Shown: in pieces, positions 57,256 to 64,000 of the stretch
Position numbering within the stretch: position 1 is the first letter of the stretch
Layout of the letters: every line of letters begins with the position of its first letter
The notes under the pieces: generated by a model
What the model saw: only the letters and a program-made list of their open reading frames with translations
What the model was told of the DNA's origin: nothing
Database searches by the model: none
Translations under genes and position numbers: made by a program
Source: Entomortierella parvispora E1425
Taxonomy: Eukaryota; Fungi; Mortierellomycota
Assembly: GCA_020891255.1 (NCBI GenBank)
Contig: BQFW01000006.1
Span: forward strand, 1,116,001-1,180,000
Length of the DNA stretch: 64,000 bases
Direction of reading: 5' to 3'

Positions 57256-59185
57256 ATGTCAAAGTTTCAGACCTCTATCCACGAGTACCTGGAAACACTC
57301 CCATTACAGACATTCAACCGACTTTACCAGAAACCTGCAACATGTCTAGCGGTCTTTCGGTATGTGTCTGTACTGCAAAGCTCATAGTCTTTCCTGTTAT
57401 TGTTTGGAGAGATTGACTACAGGGAGAAATGTGGCGTGAATGACCCATTAACGTCTCTGTGTCTACCGTTTGAAGACTTTTGCCACCATTAGGGAAACAA
57501 ATAATCATGTCCAGTCTTTACGTGGATCCGCCTATTGCTGTCTCGGATATGAAGCTCTGGTTCAAGGGCAGTGCAGGAGAGATGTGCGTATACTATGAGA
57601 GACTTAATACAACATTAGGATCTGGATACCTTCTTATAAATGTTTTTCTGACTGATCTGTGCATTTATTTTTTCTTTTGTAGAAAGCACACAGAAGCAAT
57701 GCAACGACTGAAGGCCTTGCATATCTTTGAGGAAGTTCGGGGGAAATACGCCATGAATGCCACATTTCTGGAACAGTTTAGGAATGCTCTGACTGGAGGG
57801 TAAGAGGCTATGATCATGTAAAAGTCATTGCACAATTTCATTTTCTTTGCAACGTACTCATATTTTGTCCTTTATTGTTGTAGTGGCAACTCGCAAAGCT
57901 TTGGGCTGGCTACATCAACACCAGACAAATACCATGTGGATATCCACTTCCTGGACGATTATGCCACAAAGCAATGGGAGGCGATTCTGCACTTTATGGT
58001 CGGCACAACTGAAGGTCGACCTCCATGCAAAGGTGTTTTGAACTTGCTCGGACGCAGTGGACTGATGACAGGTGGGGCTGACAATGGTGGTGGAGGAGGC
58101 GATCAGATGGATGCACGGGATTTTGCGAGTCAAATGGCGCGACAGGATTTCGGTGTTCCCAAAATTACACACAAGGGATTTCAGTTCTTGTTGCAAGATA
58201 TCAATACCCAGGTCTGGGCTTTTCTGCTCCAGTACTTGAACATGGCAGAGAGCTTGAACATGGATTTGGTGGAGGTGTTGACGTTTTTCTTCCAGTTGGG
58301 ATCATTGGAGCTCGGCAAGGATTATTCATCCGAAAATCTGACCCCAACACAAACACACCTTTTGGAGGATTTGAAGGCGTACGGCATTGTGTATCAGCGC
58401 AAGCGAGGCAGTCGACGATATTATCCTACAAGACTGGCTACGACATTGACATCAGGTACGCCAGTCATGTTAGGATCACATACGAACGCCACCAAGATTG
58501 CTGCAGCCGCTGCAGCTAAGAAAGCAGAAGAAGAAGAGGAGGACGATCATGGCTTCATTGTCTTGGAGACCAACTACAGGATTTATGCATATACAGGTAA
58601 GGGGGCATGCGAGTCTTGATAATAGTATGAAGGCGATAGTCTTTATTGACTGGTTGTTGTTTGTCTTTTCTTTTAGATTCACCATTGCAAATTGCAGTCT
58701 TGAACCTTTTCGTCCACTTGAGAGATCGATTCCCCAACATGGTGACAGGAGTAGTGACGCGCGACAGTATTCGAAGGGCATTATCCAAAGGCATTACGGC
58801 AGATCAGATTATCACCTATTTGACAGCGCATGCGCATGCTCAAATGCGGAAGCACTCCCCTATCTTGCCGCTTACAGTGGTGGACCAGATTCGACTGTGG
58901 GAGATTGAAAAGAACCGACTGAGACCAGTTCCCTCCTGGTTGTATTCACAGTTCAGTCGTCAGCAGGACTTTGAAAGCACTCTGGAGTATGCAAGCGAGT
59001 TGGATGTGGTGCTGTGGTCGAACCAGAAGAGGCGCATGCTGTGTATCACGGCAGAGGGACATACCGCTGTTGGAGCCTATGTTCGCAAACTGATCAGTCG
59101 GCACAAGGAACTGCAGGCGCAGCAGGCACAACAGTCAAGTCCACACACCCACCATTCGCCGCATGTCTCTTCTGTTGCATCATGA
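57256..59185 (+). CDS. TFB2: TFIIH subunit Tfb2/p52 (GTF2H4)
   Basis: Multi-exon. Motifs LYQKPATCLAVFR, ITHKGFQFLLQD, RRYYPTRLATTL, IVLETNYRIYAYT, PNMVTGVVTRDSIRRAL and TVVDQIRLWEIE. Confidence 0.93.
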
Positions 59186-59847
59186 TAAATAAAGCTGACG
59201 CGCGTTGAAGCTAGAAAGCCCAAAAAAAAAAAAAAAAAAAAAAAAAATGTGGATTTGACCCAAGGAAAGTGGGAAACCGAGCCAGTGGGAACCAATCCTG
59301 TGAGCCAGCAGATGACCGAATCCATGCAATAAAGTCAATTGATGGCATTTGACTTGCGACGAACATGATGACATGGATGCGGTCAGGACACCAGGACCAG
59401 AGCTTGGGTTCCAGAAGCCAGGAAAGGCCCGAGGATGTACATGTGCATGTACACCATCCCAATGCTCGATTTCATAAGCTACAGAGCGGGAGTCGAAACG
59501 ATCAATTTGCTCACAGGTTTGCTTCCTCTTGTCCTTCCTTCATTTCCCTGCCACCATTGCCCTTCTTGGACAACCTCACCGAGCCCGCTCTTGTTTTCGC
59601 TTTGTTTTCATGGCGGTCCCGCTCTTCTGAGCTCAGAAGCAAAGCGGCCTTTGACGCGCCCCCGTTCTTCTTTTTTTTTTTTTTTGTCTTCTTCCTCTTC
59701 TTCTTTGTCCCTTCACCTTTCACTGATATCATTATCATTCCCACACCCAAGCTTCACTTCATTCCATTCCATCCTCTTTGACTCTCCTCCCGCTTGCTCC
59801 CACTCTAACATCGATCATACCCTTGGGCCCACCATTTCGTGTTTTCA

Positions 59848-62033
59848 ATGCCCGCTGACGATGAGACAAGGCCCCTGTCAGCACAGGAAGTGAACCTCAC
59901 CAGCAATGGTGATCCAGACATGGACGATGGCGACGAGAGTGATCCCTTGTTGCGCCCTTCTCTCCCAAGACACAGCACTGTTGAGCATGGACCTCCAGCA
60001 GACCCATGGCACATCTCGTACTGGATTATGGTCATCCAAGGAGCCTCTATGCTATTGCCTTGGAATGGTAAATGTCTCCCCATGATCTTTCTCTCTCAAG
60101 CAAACAAAAGGCAGGGTCACTTTATCATGTCTGCAGTTGCTCTGTCTAACGCGTTGGACGACTTTCTCTTCTCCATATAGTGTTTATCACGGCCCAGGGA
60201 TTCTTTCACTTTCGGTTTGCAGGATCGCCCTATGAGGACAACTTTCAAAACTACTTCTCTGTCGCGTTCATGGGAACCAACTTGTTGGTGGTCGGAAGTT
60301 CTATCCTGATTCAAAAACAGGTAACGCGAAACTGGGTTGATATGATGCAGACTGTCGATGGAGTCAAGGTCTAAGGATAAAAGCCAACAGGATACCAGGA
60401 ACTCTGAGTGATAGGCGGCAGCACCATTGGTTGACGTGGGAACAAGGAAGAAGGAGAGCAGAGGATCGACCTTCTCCATCTGCACAGTCCTTGGGGCATC
60501 GTTGACAACGGTTACAACAACAAGGGGGAAGCATATGGTTAACAATCTCCCCTTTATTTTGGTCTGTGAAAATTCATGCTTAGGCTCCTGGAACAACACA
60601 CATCATTGGAAGTCTTTTGTTGAACGCGTTCGTATTCCTGGCAATCCTGGTATCGATTCAGATGGAACGGGCCATCGACCCCACACTGTATTTCTTCTTT
60701 GCTATTACGATGCTCTCATTGTCCGCCATCTCGACCTCGATCGTTCAGAATGGCATGTTTGGCTTGGCATCTAAATTTACCGGCCGCCATGTTCAGGGAG
60801 TCATGGTGTAAGATGGTTTTTTCATCCCCCTTTGTTGCAATGTGCTTTGATATTCAGCATGAAGTTCTAATGTCTATTTATCCCAATAGTGGTCAAGGAC
60901 TTGCCGGTGCTGGCGTTGCCATCTCTCAAATTGTGACCCAAATTTTGTCACCCCCCAAGGGAAGCTCTTATACCGACGAATACCTGTCAATATCGGATTT
61001 AGCTGAACTAGGCGGACACAGGAGGAGAAGTGAGGGACTGGAACACTCTGCCTTCATGTTCTTTTCATTCGCGCTGGGATTCACGCTCGTCTCTGTACTT
61101 GCTCAGGCGTTGCTGATTCGCCTTCCAATCTACGACTATTACACATCGGAGCAGGCGCTTCAGCCTATTCAATTCCTTGCACCCCCCTCGCCTGCAAACG
61201 GATTGGCAGTTCCTGCCGATAGCTCGGACGCGCGTCGTAATTCCACCAGCTCCATGGCCTCTGCAGTGACAACTGTGACTATTACACCCGCCATGATTGC
61301 AGAGACAAACCGCCGATTGAACGAGGAGGCCCATGAGCGAGAGGAAGCTGAGCGTGTGAACCATTACAGAAGCACAAGTCTTGGCGCAACAGCCTTGGCC
61401 ACAGACGCGAGCGCATTGCAATTGATGCATGACATCTACCCCAAAAAGAAGGCGCACCCTCTGCTGATCTTGTACATCTCCATCACATTGGTCTTTGCCT
61501 TGACCTTGTCCTTGTTCCCGTCCTTGACCGCGTTGGTGAAATCGACCAACGAGGCGCCAGACCGTGGTCGAGTATTTGGGGACTTGTTTGTGCCGCTGCA
61601 TTTCTTGGTCTATAACGTGGGCGATTGGGCTGGCAAGACCTTGCCCTCCATTGCCTTCTTTTCACCCAACACGACCCATCCTACCCGGAAACAACAATTG
61701 CGATACTTGGCAGGAGCCTTGTCTCGATTAATGTTCATTCCCATCTTTTTGACCGCCAACCTGCCGATCAAACCTGAGGGAGCTCGCTTGTTGCCGCTGT
61801 TGATTCGTCGGGACGAGATTTGGTTCTTGCTGGTGTTCTTGTTTGCGATCACGAACGGGTACTTGGGCAGTTTGATCATGATGGTCGGACCCGCCTGTGT
61901 GCTGGGAGGCGAAAAGAAGGGTCGCGCAGGCGTCAAGCTTGGCTTCTGGCTGACCGCTGGACTGGCTCTGGGAAGTGTTGCAAGTTTTGGAGTGAGGGAG
62001 TTGATGTGTGCCAGAGGTGGTTGTTCGGCTTGA
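59848..62033 (+). CDS. Equilibrative nucleoside transporter (ENT/Fun26-like)
   Basis: Multi-exon. Motifs GASMLLPWN|VFITA, GQGLAG, LTLSLFPSL, YNVGDWAGKTL and TNGYLGSLIMM. Confidence 0.88.
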
Positions 62034-62403
62034 GAAATTGAACCTCAAGTCACTGAAAGTGTTGTTCTGTGATAAAACAAATAAAAAAATAATAGAAGAT
62101 ATTTGCATCACTACACTTAATGTCGATGGGAGATGCAGTTGGAGTATCCAGCTTCACATCCACAAAGTTACGAGTCCAACAAAAAAAAAAAAAAAAAAAA
62201 AACGCGTCGGCTTGATTGGCGTACGTGATCTGCAAGTCAACTTTGGGCTGTCGTCCTCTGAATGTCCCACAAATACGGCGGCGGCTCAAAGTCGGGGGGC
62301 ATGCGTTGAGGAACTAGGCCAAGAACCTTAGAAAACACCCATCGTTTCACTGTTGCCAAGAGTTGGATAGCTCAAGATTCGCGACCGTGGTTCGCTGTCA
62401 ATT

Positions 62404-62427
62404 CCCCCCCCCCCCCCCCCCCCCCCC
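62404..62427. repeat. C24 homopolymer (G24 on minus strand)
   Basis: Read directly from the sequence. Intergenic. Confidence 0.85.
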
Positions 62428-63860
62428 TCCAAAAAAAAGGCGTGTTTTACGACAAGACCTGGATCCACTTTTGTGGTCCGCATCGGATTAGCGATCGTGA
62501 ACAGGCTGCCTGCATTTGTGGCATTAGGCGGCCTTGGGAGATAAAGTGACGACGACAATGACATCAACGGCAGCGACATTCGATGAGGGGATGGAGTATT
62601 GCACTTTATAGCCTCTACAGATTCATTGTCAGCTGTGGGCTACTTGTGATTCCAGTTTTCAAACATGATGCCAACCCCGAGCATGATTTTTTCAGGAAAG
62701 AAAGAAAATTGGAGGAGGTCTTGACTCTGGAGTAGGGGTGCTGAAGGAGGTCAAGGGGAAGGCAAGTGGATGTGGGGTAAGCGAGCCAAGCCAGCCAGAA
62801 TAAACCGCGCCTTTGAGTGCAACATGAACAAAAAAAAATCACGCAGGGTCTGATTCTGGGGGTCATTGGAAAGGCAAAGGACTCAGGGGAGAGGCGAGTG
62901 GCAAGGGGAGAGTGAATGGTGGCGACATGGGAGAGGGAAGCCATGTTAGCATATAGAAAAGTCCGTTGGCCACATGGTGGCAAAGGCTGTTCTATGGTGG
63001 TGGCACAAGGAGGCTAAGGAGGATAGATTGTTAGGCAACAATCTGTCACTTGGGGGCGAGGGAGGAGAAAAAAGAGAAGGGAGGGAAGGGAGGAAAAGGC
63101 AGGGTGCAAGGGCAAGGTTCCGCAGGGCGAGAAGGGGGAACGAGATAGAGGCAGAGGATAAAGAGGAGGCACAACAACAGGACAGCAAGGATGTCGCTTT
63201 TCGCCGTGCCAAGGAACGTGTGTCTCTGTCCGCGGTCCTCTTTTGCACATGCCCTTTGGGGTGTGCGACAAGCGACAAGCGACAAGCGATTCGCAGACGC
63301 TGCCGCCGAGAAAAAGCCTGGGACTCGGCATACTGCAGAAGTCTGGAGTGCACAGCGGAGCAAGATCGATGACACCGACAGCCTTGGTCTAACAACCATA
63401 AAAATGGACGACATGGACGCGACTACGTGGATGCTTGGTGTTGCCACGGTGATATTGCCGCATCGGGGAACAAAGGCCAAGGAGGAGACGCGGCGGGTGT
63501 GGGGATGCCCACGAACAACGAGCAAACGACCATCCCCGTCGACCTTTCCTCTATGCTCCTTGGCACAGTCAGCCAGTCACTGCACTCGAATGCCAAGCCA
63601 AGAAGACGGCTGAATCCCATATATTGAGAGGGGACACAAGGGTCCATCCTTTTTTGTTCTTTGTTCCTTCCACTTTGCCATTCCATTCCATTCTCTCGCC
63701 ATCCACCCCTCTCCCTCTCTCTCTCGCTCTCTCTTTACTGTTTCTGTCCATCGAGCACCCCTTCGACCTTTTTCTTCGTTCCCACCCTCCTCACCTCACC
63801 TCACCTCACCAACCGACTGTGAGCCTTCACTTTCACCTACCCCCCAACACGCCCACAGCC

Positions 63861-63962
63861 ATGGCCGACTCGAACCTGAGCCCATGCAAAGTCAGCTACA
63901 ACGGCGCCTTCCGCCGGTTCCTCATTGCCCGGCCGGCGACCTGGAACGACTTTGAGGACAAG
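63861..63962 (+). CDS. First exon of a PB1-domain-like protein (partial)
   Basis: ATG in good context. MADSNLSPCKVSYNGAFRRFLIARPATWNDFEDK|GTACGG matches the K-x-x-Y...RRF...W..F..K start of PB1 domains. Confidence 0.6.
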
Positions 63963-64000
63963 GTACGGGTGGTCTTACATATACACACACAGAGTATCCC

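Noticed and set aside
62946-63751. Overlapping short ORFs upstream of the PB1 gene
   Set aside because: They are low-complexity purine/pyrimidine tracts and microsatellites (GCGACAA, CTCAC repeats) typical of promoter or UTR sequence, with no protein motif.
1-64000. tRNA, rRNA and CRISPR arrays
   Set aside because: No cloverleaf with T-loop, rRNA-like sequence or repeat-spacer array was seen, and the context is eukaryotic. A small RNA gene could be missed by eye.

Overview
Intron-rich eukaryotic DNA from a fungus. The gene style, the F-box/LRR family and the ~50-130-bp introns point to Mortierellaceae/Mucoromycota, which is an inference. About 20 host genes are recognisable: YIP1-family fragment, KDEL-ended secreted protein, F-box/LRR, RRP8, Cid1-like nucleotidyltransferase, MED22, a large Zn-finger protein, RPS11, RAD7, anoctamin, MFS transporter, alpha/beta hydrolase ending in SRL, Ser/Thr kinase, two tandem Cdc3-type septins, PDA1, SAM synthetase, TFB2, an ENT transporter and a PB1-protein start. 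The standout is a full-length 7.6-kb AcademH-type DNA transposon (6505-14099) with ~1.02-kb terminal inverted repeats, a 9-bp target-site duplication, and convergent DDE-transposase and RecQ-like helicase genes. By manual splice modelling, both genes start at the same ATG inside their own TIR. They share three introns and ~135 identical N-terminal, Ser/Thr-Pro-rich residues, so the TIR acts as a duplicated promoter plus leader module. Each gene has one homopolymer frameshift. Other points are a septin duplication that looks homogenised by gene conversion and contains a GC-AG intron, and a decayed IS630/Tc1-like transposase relic. All gene models were derived by eye and none was checked by database search.
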